From: Vicugna vicugna
Taxonomy: Eukaryota
DNA length: 60,000 nt
Assembly (NCBI GenBank): GCA_013265495.1
Contig: MU058009.1
Coordinates: 3,429,780-3,489,779 of the forward strand
Direction of reading: 5' to 3'
Shown here: in pieces, positions 49,971 to 60,000 of the stretch
Layout of the letters: the number at the start of each line of letters is the position of its first letter
Position numbering within the stretch: position 1 is the first letter of the stretch
Notes under the pieces: model-generated
The model's database searches: none
Told to the model about the DNA's origin: nothing
The model's input: only the letters and a program-made list of their open reading frames with translations
Translations under genes and position numbers: made by a program

Positions 49971-50238
49971 AACTTGTGGCTGCCAAGGGGGCGGGGGTGG
50001 CAAGGGACAGGCTGGGATTTCAAAATGTAGAGTAGATGAACAAGATCATACTGTGTAGCACAGGAAAACATATGTAAGATCTTGTGGTGGCTCACAGCGA
50101 AAAAAATGTGACAATGAATATATGTATGTTCATGCATAACTGAAAAACTGTGCTCTACACTGGAATTTGACACAACATTGTAAAATGACTATAACTCAAT
50201 AAAACAAAGTTTAAAAAAAAGGAAAAAACATTGAAAAA
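49971..50238 (+). mobile_element. Young camelid L1 3'UTR fragment with perfect TSD
   Basis: Exact 17-bp direct repeat aaagagcatgtaaacaa at 49954-49970 and 50239-50255. AATAAA and A-rich tail are present. Confidence 0.95.
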
Positions 50239-53200
50239 AAAGAGCATGTAAACAAGTTTGAAATGATTTCGGGGAAACAGCCCCATGAAATGAGTTTAAA
50301 ACGCAAGATTTCACATTTTATTCCATTTTTTCCAAGTTTTATTTTGGCCGTTCTGCTGCAGCCAACCCCCCCCCCCGGCGTGGGGGTGAAAGTCCCCAGG
50401 CCTATGTGTGCCTTTTTGCTCCCTATTAGACGGGTGCACACACTGGCCTCTCGGGGGCACATGGGCGGTGAGCCATCCTCGGGAGGGTACCGAGGCCCGC
50501 AGCTCAGCATCAGGTCGGCTCTTAAGTCATCAGTCTTCTCTTCAAGGCACAGATGGAATCTGAGTTAGGGAATTGGGATATGCCGTCTGGAATTTTCATC
50601 ACTGTTCTGAACTTGATTTAACTTCGCATCACCCTTCTGACGGCCTGACAGTCGCCGCTCCGCACCTCCATCCTGCAAGCAGTCTTGATGAGGGTGGGCG
50701 GGGGGACTGGAGAGGGAGGGGGGTCATGGGAACTGGGCCCTGATTCCCATGGGTGGGGAGAATTAGGACCTACCAGATGAAAAAAAAAAGGTGCATGCCC
50801 ACATCAAGAGAACGAAATGCGTGGTCCCCAGTGGTGGGAACTGTCAGGGACCCTCGCTGTCCTGTCCCCTTCACCTTGGCAGGAGCCCTTCTGGACAGGA
50901 CTCAGACTGGCTCTGGCCCCCCTCCTCCTGATGAGGCCCCTGTCTACCCATAGCGAGCTGGCATCACCGTCTGATTTATCCTCTGCTCTCCCTCATACTG
51001 CCCACCACAATCCCAGCCGCTCTCTTGGGAAATGAGGAAAGCAGCCTCCTTCCCCTAGGGCTTGGGTCTGGAAGCATGGCGACAGCTCTTTCTTGAAAAA
51101 AAAAAAAAACCTAAAAAACTCATCAAGTCTTCCCTTGACCCTTTTATTCTTGAAGGGAGCTGAAGTGCTCAGAGCTGTGTGCTGTTTTCATTAATTCTCT
51201 CTGGTAATCTCCATGCCTCTGACCACTCACTCTGAAATTTCCTACCTACAGTGTCTTGGCACCTCTGCTAACACTTACATATTTTTTTCCCTGTCGCTTT
51301 ATGAAAAATATTTAAAACAACATGAGATGATAAAGAAAAGGCAGAATTTTTTTTCCACATCCTAATCCTTTGTATTATTGTAAACCAGGTCGAATCAACT
51401 TCAAATTAAATAGTCGGTTGCATTACTTAATGATATCCTTCTTTACAGTGGAGCTGTTTTTTTCAAAATTCACGCAAACTTTCTCTCTGAATAATCTTTT
51501 TTATATTTCGGATTTACCACTAAAATAAGAGCAAAATGAATTCTGTAATCCCCTCTCTTCTGGGTTCACAAAAGGAATCTTCAAGCAGGTGTTTCAAGAA
51601 GAGAAGACACAACTTCCTTCTTCTCAGTGACTTGGGGCGGGTCAAGGAAGTTCAAGGCAGAGCTCCCACCCCCAGATCGTCACCCACATCCCACCCCACC
51701 CGACCAAACGATGCAGGAAGGGGAGGAAGAGGGAAGACTGCCAGTTAAGCCACGGATGCAGGGAACTGAGTCAGGAGAATAAGGACCACCGTGGCTCAGA
51801 GAACAGGGCTGGGGCTGTTGCTGCACAGAGGTTCTTGTCCCAGGCTCCTCACCCACTGAGGCCTGGCCCCTGGGTGACTCTGTGTGTCCTGGTCTCCCTG
51901 GTCCTGCACACGCCTTCCCTCTCCCGGGTCCTGCAGTCGGTAATGGGAAGACGATTGCTGTTTGGCTTGGGTCCAGCCTTCCAGGTGCAACATTTTCCTC
52001 TTTTTTTCACTTCTTTTGGTGGCAATTAAAAACTATGCTCACCATTAATCAGCTACTACTTGAAGGATGGGAGTTTGGTTTGGGGGGTGGGGATCCCCCC
52101 GTGGAGATTACATGGAAACCCTGTGGACTGTAAGGGAACACATATAATAAGTCAGACCTGAGAGGAAAAGATTGCTCTTTAAAAAAATAAATGACTTCAT
52201 CCTCCTGTGCATTGTAAGGGCGTGAGGTTTTATCTCAGGGAAGATGGCTCTTTTGTTTAAGAAAGCCAGTTAATAGGCCTTTGGGTTAGGCTCCAAAGCC
52301 TAGCCAGGCTGAGGCGGATGGAGACAAAAGAGAGCGAAATCTCTCTGCATAATAGGGCGGGAGCCTTGACCCACGGGGTCTAATGCAAGAGATGGGTCTC
52401 ACTGAGAGCGGTGCCGTCCAAGCTGGAGTCCCAGTGCCGCCCCTGCCGAGCCGTCTTTGCCGGGGTCTGAGGACAGAGCCTGGGGTTCTGAAACACTCGG
52501 TGACTCTTGGAGCCTTGAGGTTCCCTTCCTCCAAAAACCACTCCATCCCCTCCATCTTGCAGCCCTCTTCACGGCTCTCCCCCGCCCCACCCCCCGCTGG
52601 ATTTGCCGCCCCTGCCTAGGTCTGGGCCGCAGGGCCCCAGCCCCTGCGGGGCCCAGTCTGTTCTCACCAGGACTGTGGTTCTGAGAATTCTCTCCCACGG
52701 CTCTTGTCTTTTCTCACCCGGTAGAGGAAGGTGCAGGGAAAACTGCCCTGTTTTACCCCTGATGGGGAAAGACGATCAGCTCTCACATGTCGACAATTTC
52801 TGTTCTCTCCTGAAAGTTACTGAAGTTACCTAGAAAGGAAAAGGGTCTAGCTACGCCAGGAACGTGGGGAGAAGACAGTGCAGGGTGTGTTAGGGATGGC
52901 GGATGATCTGTGTGGCTACAGGGAGGTGCCCAGAGACCATAGAAAGAGAATCCTTGTGCTGGGGCAGATTTGATGGTGTTTTAGAAACAATTCGGTATCG
53001 TTTCTCCCCCAGTGTGAAATTTCCCCCTCTTAACATCGTTGGTGAAAGCCTGTTAAATTCAACAGCGATGGTGGTGTTTGTTTGGGGAGCGAAGAGGAGG
53101 AACCATGGTCCAAGGTGGAGAAGAAGGTAGCGAGAGGGCGGAGGGCAGAAGCCAGGACGAGCGAGGAGACAGAAGCAGGGACCGGACTTCTGGACAAAGG

Positions 53201-55949
53201 AAGGGGTGATGCTGGAAGATGGGGAGACCCCCCCGGTGGGGAGCCTGGGTGATGTGAGACGGCGACACCTCCTGGTCATCCACAAAGTTGGTAATGCACC
53301 TCCAGGGACGTTAAGAGTTGTCTCTTAGCTCCTGAAGTCAGCACTCGCACGTCAGTCCTTCTGTGAGGGGGCAGGTGTTCATTGTCCTCACCTCACCCCG
53401 CCCACCCCAAGGCTGTCCCCTGTCTATGGCTTCAGTCAGCAGCAAAGAGCATCCTCTAATGACCTGCAAAGAACTGCCTAAGACAGCGTTTCTGCTCCAT
53501 TGGCATAGACACATGTCCTCGCTACCCCCCTCCGGTCCCCACCTCCCCGCTTCTTTGATTTATTTGGCTCCCTCAAGGCAATCTTCCACTCACAAATCTT
53601 GAAACTCCTAATTTATTCTCTTCACTTTTAGCTCTTCCCTAGTTGCTTCAAGAACGTTACCTCTTCTTCTCCCTCCAGTCTGTCTCCTTCCTTTTCCTTC
53701 CCTGCCCCCCCCCCCGGTGTGTCTCGCTCTTTCTCTTACCTGGTGAGGGGCGTGAAGCTGACTCTAATTACGGGGGATAAGGAGAAGTAGTGCTGGACGT
53801 GGACCTGCGTCGGGAGAGAGCCAGGCCCTGGGCTTTCCGAGCGAAACGATGTGCCTTGAAGAACCAGTGCCATCAGCCTCAACAGCCCTTGAGATAAGCC
53901 AGAGCCTCCTTCGAGAGCACCACACAGGCTCCATCCACCTCCTTATCTTCCTCCAATTAATCTACGTTCCTCAAGAATGAACTTTCATGTAAAAAAAGAA
54001 AAAAGACACTTCATCTTACTGTTCTGCGGTTTGGCTGGATGACTGGTGTTGAAGAGTTACCGTTTCCCACCAGGTTCCTCGCAACTGCAGGATCCTGGAA
54101 GCACGTGGCGGGCTGGAGGAGGCGTTGTGGGCCGGCTAGGGCGTTATCTATGGCATCACTTCTATGGGGAAGTTCGACTCCGGGTCCCAAGTAACTCCCT
54201 TTCAAATGAGCGTCTTGGTGATAACGTGGGCGGAGCTCACGCACGGGAAGGCGCTTGCTCTGGGGCCTGAGGGTCGGGCTCGGGCCAGCTGCACAGTGCA
54301 CATTTGTAGGGGTAGGCTCGCGGCTCTCCCGCCCATGCTCTTGCAAAACAGCAGGAGGGTCCCTACTTTACACAAGGGGCTCCCATGCGTGTGCGGAGTC
54401 CTGGGCCGCTGTTCTGCCCTTGAAAGGTGGGTTCCAGGGAAACGGGCTTATTCATACAGAACTGAATCCTCCCTGGGCTCAGAGCCGACTCCTCTCCTGG
54501 CAGACCCCGGCGGGAGCCGTGTTCTGTGGTGGGAAGCACACGGGTGCCTCCAGTGGCTTCTGTGGGGCATCCTGAGCTGGTCGATGAGCCTTCCAATCAT
54601 CTTTACAGCAACTATTTGGGGGGAAAGTGTAGGAGGTACACACACACCCCTGCACGTTCACTTTCCAGTCCCTGTGACTCGTTGGCTGCACGAGGGACGG
54701 CCGACGGAGGTATTTTCGGAAACTTACTGAAGTTTCCTTTATGCATCGGGAACATCAATCTTCCAGGCATTTACCTCCAGTGATGATCATCTGGGAGAAA
54801 AGACGTCGTCCCAGCCCCCAGTGCCCAGAGTCAGTCCTCTGCGGAGGACCGTTTACTCTTAGGAAGAACGTGATCACCTCGTGCTCACCGTGGGGTTTGA
54901 ACTGCCATGCAGCGCATTCAATCCACAGAGTCAAGAAAACTGAACGCGTATCAATAAAGCTCCAGGTGTCGGAGTAAGGAGCCCGGGCCTGGCTTTCCTG
55001 GCGAGAAAACAGCGCACCTGGTAGCACTGGAACAGAAGCGGCCCCGCTCGGTGCAGGCCGGGTGGGCTCCGCTCTGTGTGGACGTCCTGGTGGGGGTGAG
55101 TGTGTCTGTGGGTTTGCGTCTGTCACTGCTTTTTCTCTCTCAGACACGATGATTTGTTGGAGGATCCAGACTGATTCCTCTGAGGGAGGGCAGGGATTCT
55201 GTCCTGAGTCCCCCTAAAAGCAAAGGAGCCCCCGTGCCCGGGGCGGCTGCAGAGTGTTGTGTCCACACAGCAGCCCACAGCCCCTGATTCTCAGGCACCT
55301 TGAAGCTGCCGGCAGCACCGCCCTTAATCACATTCTTCTTTACAAAGTGCTTGTTGTTAAATATTTATGAGGCCTTACGAGACGGCCCCATCACTGCCTG
55401 GGAGCACAGAAGTGCCTGGCTCACCCCGTCACACAGGGCTGCTCTGTAGAAGCGGGAGGGTGGAGTCTCTCTGCTCCCTTTCCTTGTGGCTGTTAAGGAA
55501 ATGACAGGCCAGCCAAGAAACAAGCACCACTCGGAGGGTTGGAGCACTCAGATGTATCACGCCGGCGGGCTCCGAGGGGCTTCTGCTCCGAAGCTCCGAG
55601 CACCTCCAAGACGTGCACGTGAGGTTTTATAGGGTGAAGTGCAAGCTTGGGGTATTCGGCCAATAGGCATGGAACAGCTTTAGCAGTATCATTATCGCAA
55701 AAGTGGAGGCAGGGAGGCAGCAAACCAACATTCCAAAGCCAGATGTATCTCTTTGAAAACCCAGCTGGCTAGCAAAAAACATGAACAGCAAACCAACACT
55801 AATTAACTTAGATTTACGAGTTAGTCCAGCAGAACTCAGATCAGTATTCCAATACTTAGATTTGTGAGTTATCTTGTTAGCCCAGCCCGGCTTTTCCTTC
55901 ACAAGGAGGCCGCAGGGCTCAGAGCAGGAGTGGGGAAACCACAGCCTGG

Positions 55950-56450
55950 GGGAGGAGGGGTGCGGCAGAGCCCCGGGACGGGGCGGGACGGGGCGGGGAG
56001 GTGGAGGGCTGGGACCGTCCCCAGGGAGAACCGAAGCTGGCATTGCTCCTACCAGCCCGATCTTTTAAATATTAATAGGAACCAAAAATGAACAGAACTC
56101 AAGGAAAAGGAAAGCAATGGGCCGGGGAAGCGCCTGCAGCGAGGACGACAGACGGCAGGCCCAGGCAGCCAGGTGCTCGCAGGCGGCGCGCGGCCGCTGG
56201 CTGCGGAGCCCGCCCGTCCCGCCGCTGTGGCTGAGCTGCGGGTGTTCACACGTCCCCAGCCTGGAGCTTCCGGGGCAGGAGGGCTGCGGCGGCGCCTGGG
56301 AGTCTGTCTTCCTCAAAAGCCCCCCAGGGAAGCCTCAGCTGCCACTGGCGCCCCCGGAGGGGCAGGGCCCTTGCCGGGCTGGGCAACAGCACTTTCTGTG
56401 ATGGCGGACACGGTCCAGATCTGCGAAGTCCAGCACAGCAGCCCGGCCAC
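55950..56450. promoter_or_regulatory. CpG-rich island with GC boxes
   Basis: GGGGCGGG x2 at 55980-55998 and dense CpGs at 56120-56300. Confidence 0.45.
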
Positions 56451-56929
56451 GTGTGACTACTGAGCCTGGGAAATGTGGGGACTTGAGGGAACTGATGTCT
56501 AAATTTTATTCCCTTCCAGTTAACTGGAGGGTAAAGGTCCCGTGTGACTGAGGGCTGCCGGCTGGCGAGCGAAGGAGGAGGTCTCTGCCCGCTGTCTTTG
56601 TGGCCGGTTTTTACCTGTGAAAGGCCATGGCTGGAACTGCTGCCACCCAAGTCAAAGCTGTGCTGGAGCCCAGAGCATCCCATGAGCTGAGCGCACAGCC
56701 CCCTGGACCTGGTCACGTGACCCAGGTGCAGCCGGGGTCCTGCGCCCGGTCACACGTCCCAGTTGGAGTCCCGGCTGCACCAGGGTGAGTGCCTGTCTGC
56801 AGACCCCGCCCCACAGAGCCTGTGTGTCTGGGCGGCGTGTCCAAGGGCGCCCCTCCTCCCCGACTCCGCTCTGGGTCGTGGACAGGCCTCCAGTGAGTGG
56901 GGAGGCTGCAGGCACCACGTCCAAACAAA

Positions 56930-57100
56930 CACGGATTCAAAACCTGACTGCGTCTTCCCACCTGCGTGGTCTGGGGCAAGTGCAGCTTTCCTAAGCCTCA
57001 CGTTTTTCACCTAAAAATAGAGCTATATTGGTATCTACCTTTTAATAGTGCTTCAAGGACGAGAGAGAATGTTTACAAAACATGTTCAGTAAGTGCTGTC
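56930..57100 (+). mobile_element. MIR
   Basis: ggattcaaaacctgactg...ctggggcaagt...ctaagcctcacgtttttcacctaaaaatag...tgttcagtaagtg. Confidence 0.75.
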
Positions 57101-57659
57101 CGCTGCCGCCACCAATCGTAACGATCATCTTCATCACAACCATCATAATGCAATTCTGTGCTCGGTGCCTTCAGCTGGACCCACTGGCCCATCTCCCCTT
57201 ACTCCTGGTTCATTCTCCTCTGTCAGTGAGTCCGCCGTTTGATGCCCCCGCGTCTTTGAAAGCCCAAGTAAGGAAAGGCAGCATGTGAGTTCCGAAGGGG
57301 GCTGGTCAGATCCCCTTTACGAAGGGGAGCTCGTGTGAAAGAAAACACTGACAGTGAAAGAAAAGTCTTGGAATTCTTTTCAGTCCTGCTCATCACTGAA
57401 CAAATGAACAGAAGCTCACTGCTCACACTATTAAAGCGTCCGTAAGAGCAGTGTAACTGCGCTGGTGGCCTTGTAAATTGGCGTAGGGATTCTGGCAAGT
57501 AATCTGGCAGGAGCCGTCCATTCAATGAACACATACAGACTGTTGACCAAACTGGGTATTTTGTTAGGCTCTGGGGTTACAGAAGTGAGTAAGACCAGGT
57601 CCTCCCCCACGGACGTTTGTGAAACGGGCATCGCGTGACACACATCCTCACAAACACCC

Positions 57660-57960
57660 ATCGTGCTTCTTGACTCAGTGACCTGGAAAAGATCGTCTTT
57701 TAAAGTGTGTCCTTACGATGACGCGCATTCCCACGCCATCTGTAATAGTGAAAGACTGGCCGCCCCTCAAACAAGCAACGATTAAGGAGTGTTTTAAGTT
57801 AGAATAAATTATCGACAGTAAAATTTAATATTGACACTAAAATTAAAAATGAGAACTAAGGAGATACTTAAAACAATGTCAAATAAGAACACAAAATAGA
57901 TTGCACAGAGTAATTTGACTATGAAAAGTTATGTATGAACAAATTAAGAGTCAGATGACA
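57660..57960 (+). mobile_element. Ancient L1 (L1ME-like) remnant
   Basis: tgtaatagtgaaagactgg...caacgattaaggagtg followed by AT-rich L1-like sequence. Heavily diverged. Confidence 0.45.
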
Positions 57961-58596
57961 GCAGATCTTAGAAACGGGGCTTTATGTTTGGAACGGAGCG
58001 TTAAAGTGCAGCCATGATGAGAGACGCTGGTGTGTGCTGCCTCCCACCGCCCCCGTGTCCCAGCCTTCCTGCTTCGCGGGTGGTGGTTTCATGGCGGGGC
58101 GGCAGGTCCCTGACGGCTCTGAAGGTAGGCAGGACCCTGAGCTTTGCTTGGCTGAAGGCAATGGGAGTGGGAGGGCCCACAGCACGGCTTGGTGAGAGCT
58201 TGAAGAGCCGGTCCTCTTGAGATGGACAGCTCACTGCATCCCCTTTCCTGCCATGGCAACCAGTGGCGCTTCACGGGCTCAGCGCTGCAGCGGCCTGGGT
58301 CCTGGAGCGAAGAGAGAGACAGCAGAGCCCTAGGCAACCAGAGACGCGCACTTCGCTTGAGCAGAGAGAAGTCTTTGTCATTCTCAGCCCTGAAGCTTCC
58401 TACCCAATATTCAGATCAGTAAGTTACTTGTGGGCACTGTTGACTAACTTTTAAATTACAAAGATCACTTATTAATTCTAAAACAATACTAAGGGGGCCT
58501 TGCAGAGCTGGATCACACATCGCAAGATGGCGCGAGCTCTACGGCCTCGGAACCCATCCTTCCCCCAGCGTCGACACCACGTGTTGTGCCCGGATT

Positions 58597-59450
58597 CAGC
58601 AACTCTAAAACGTTCTGGTCTTGGGACCCCTTCATACACTTCAAAATAACTGAAGTCCTCAAAGAGCTATTATCATGTGTAAAATACCGCTCTCAGTATT
58701 AGCCATATTAGAGAGGGAAAGTGAAGAAAAGGAGAATGTTTATTAAGGTGGCAGTGGTTGTTAAAAGGTTACTCGCAACACGGACTCTGAAACCTCGTCC
58801 CTGAATGTCCTGAAGTCTGTTATATAAGCACCCAAGAGTCAGTCTTGTACTCCTGGTGGACCTCTTACCCACGTGTGCGATTTCCAAACATCAGACTTCA
58901 GCCATTTGGAAGATACTGGCTTGTCGAGTGTTTCAGACCTTCAGAAAGTTGACACATTTCCTAATACCGTATCAACAAGTCACATTTACTCATATAACTG
59001 CTGATCATATCAGAAAAGCCTCTTTGAGTATTGGGAGGCTGTCAAGCTCACGGCGGCAGACACACATCTTTTAACAAATTCTGTGTTTTTCACTCAGAAG
59101 CTTATATGTTCTCACTGGCATCACACAGTTTCAGTTGTCTTCCTTTAAGTGACAGGCTTGCTTTGCTCATTTTAAAGAACATGTCTCCCGAATGCTTGAG
59201 TCTGAATAACCGCGGCTTGTCTAGAATTTGTTCTTTCGAGCATTGTGTTCCCGCAACAGAAAAAGTGGCCAGTCGGACTCACAACTCACTCACAAGTGTG
59301 CCTCCCCTTGAAATAACCATCCTGCTTGCTTTGTGGTACACGTCTCTCTGGGTGCATCAGTGTGTCACCCGGGATAGTGAAAGGGTCTGCATTTAAGGGC
59401 TGAGATTTCTACTGTTTCATGAAAGGGCATTCTTAAGTGACTGGCTCTTT
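58597..59450 (-). mobile_element. Charlie1 (hAT) DNA transposon fragment including transposase relic
   Basis: Terminal ggtcttgggacccctt...caaagagct, then catatcagaaaagcctctttgagtattgggaggctgtcaagctcacggcggcaga...aagtgacaggct...agtctgaataacc...cattcttaagtga, colinear with recalled Charlie1. Confidence 0.85.
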
Positions 59451-59459
59451 ACTTTTCTT

Positions 59460-59790
59460 ACAGGGAGCATGTGGCAGGGAGGAGGAGCGCGCCGGCGATG
59501 AGGGCGGTTGGTGCCGCTGCTGTGACTCCCGCTGAGGGGCTGGCGTGTTTACTCACCGTCGCTCCTGTGTCGCCGGTGCGAGGATCAACGGGGCGGAAAA
59601 ACCAAATGGCATTCTTAGCGCAAGCATGAGAATAATTTTGACTCCCCCGGACGCCTGAGCAAGTGTCGGGGGCGCCCCGAGTTCTGCCATTGCCCCGTGT
59701 GCTGTTTTCCCAGTCCGTTGCTGACGGGGGGTGCGGCAGTAGGACTGACTCTCCTTCCCCGTCCTGCTCTGGGTACTTTACCCCCGCGGC
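59460..59790. promoter_or_regulatory. CpG-rich patch with strong minus-strand splice donor
   Basis: CpG dense. ACG|GTGAGTAA on the minus strand (actcac at 59551-59556). Confidence 0.35.
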
Positions 59791-59819
59791 TCCAGTTCCC
59801 TTGTCTGCAAAGTAACCGC

Positions 59820-59975
59820 GTTCATTCATTCATTCGTTCATGTGTTCATTCATTCAGCAGATACTCATTAACTATGACGTGCACCTTCTGTGTGGGGCAC
59901 TGGAGGGGACAGCCGGTAAAGGCAGACCAAGGCTTTGAACTCGTTTTATAGTCTAGAGAGGACCAACACAAGACA
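59820..59975 (-). mobile_element. L2 3' end
   Basis: (ttca)n followed by gcagatactcattaa...gggcactggagggga...tagtctag. Confidence 0.75.
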
Positions 59976-60000
59976 TTCGCACGTGTGTGCGCACATGTGT

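Noticed and set aside
8810..57680. Scattered AP-1 (TGA[C/G]TCA) sites
   Set aside because: The number seen is close to chance expectation for a 7-mer in 60 kb, and the sites are not clustered.
59031..59396. 121-aa plus-strand ORF in the Charlie1 region as a domesticated transposase
   Set aside because: It is antisense to the transposase relic, and no long ORF exists on the coding strand.
1..60000. CRISPR array, operon or other prokaryotic-style system
   Set aside because: The sequence is mammalian, with no regularly spaced repeat-spacer array and no gene-dense coding region.

Overview
This is mammalian genomic DNA, very likely camelid (Camelus/Vicugna/Lama). The evidence is a Vic-1-type tRNA-derived SINE at 15727-15837 and several artiodactyl/camelid-style L1 3' ends. 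The window is GC-rich and looks intronic or intergenic. I cannot support any protein-coding exon, RNA gene or CRISPR array, and I could not name the host locus. The listed ORFs are chance GC-rich frames, simple-repeat translations or transposon relics. The recognisable content is L1 fragments (young and old), L2, MIR, MaLR LTRs, hAT-Charlie DNA transposons, microsatellites, several small CpG-rich islands and candidate CTCF/enhancer motifs. The most informative structures are retrotransposition footprints: three 5'-inverted (twin-primed) L1s, two probable L1 3' transductions (one splits a MER5 and carries a truncated MER58) and a possible 3'UTR-only retrocopy. Repeat family names come from recalled consensus sequences, not a database search, and boundaries of old repeats are approximate. 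I found no evidence of a novel biological system.
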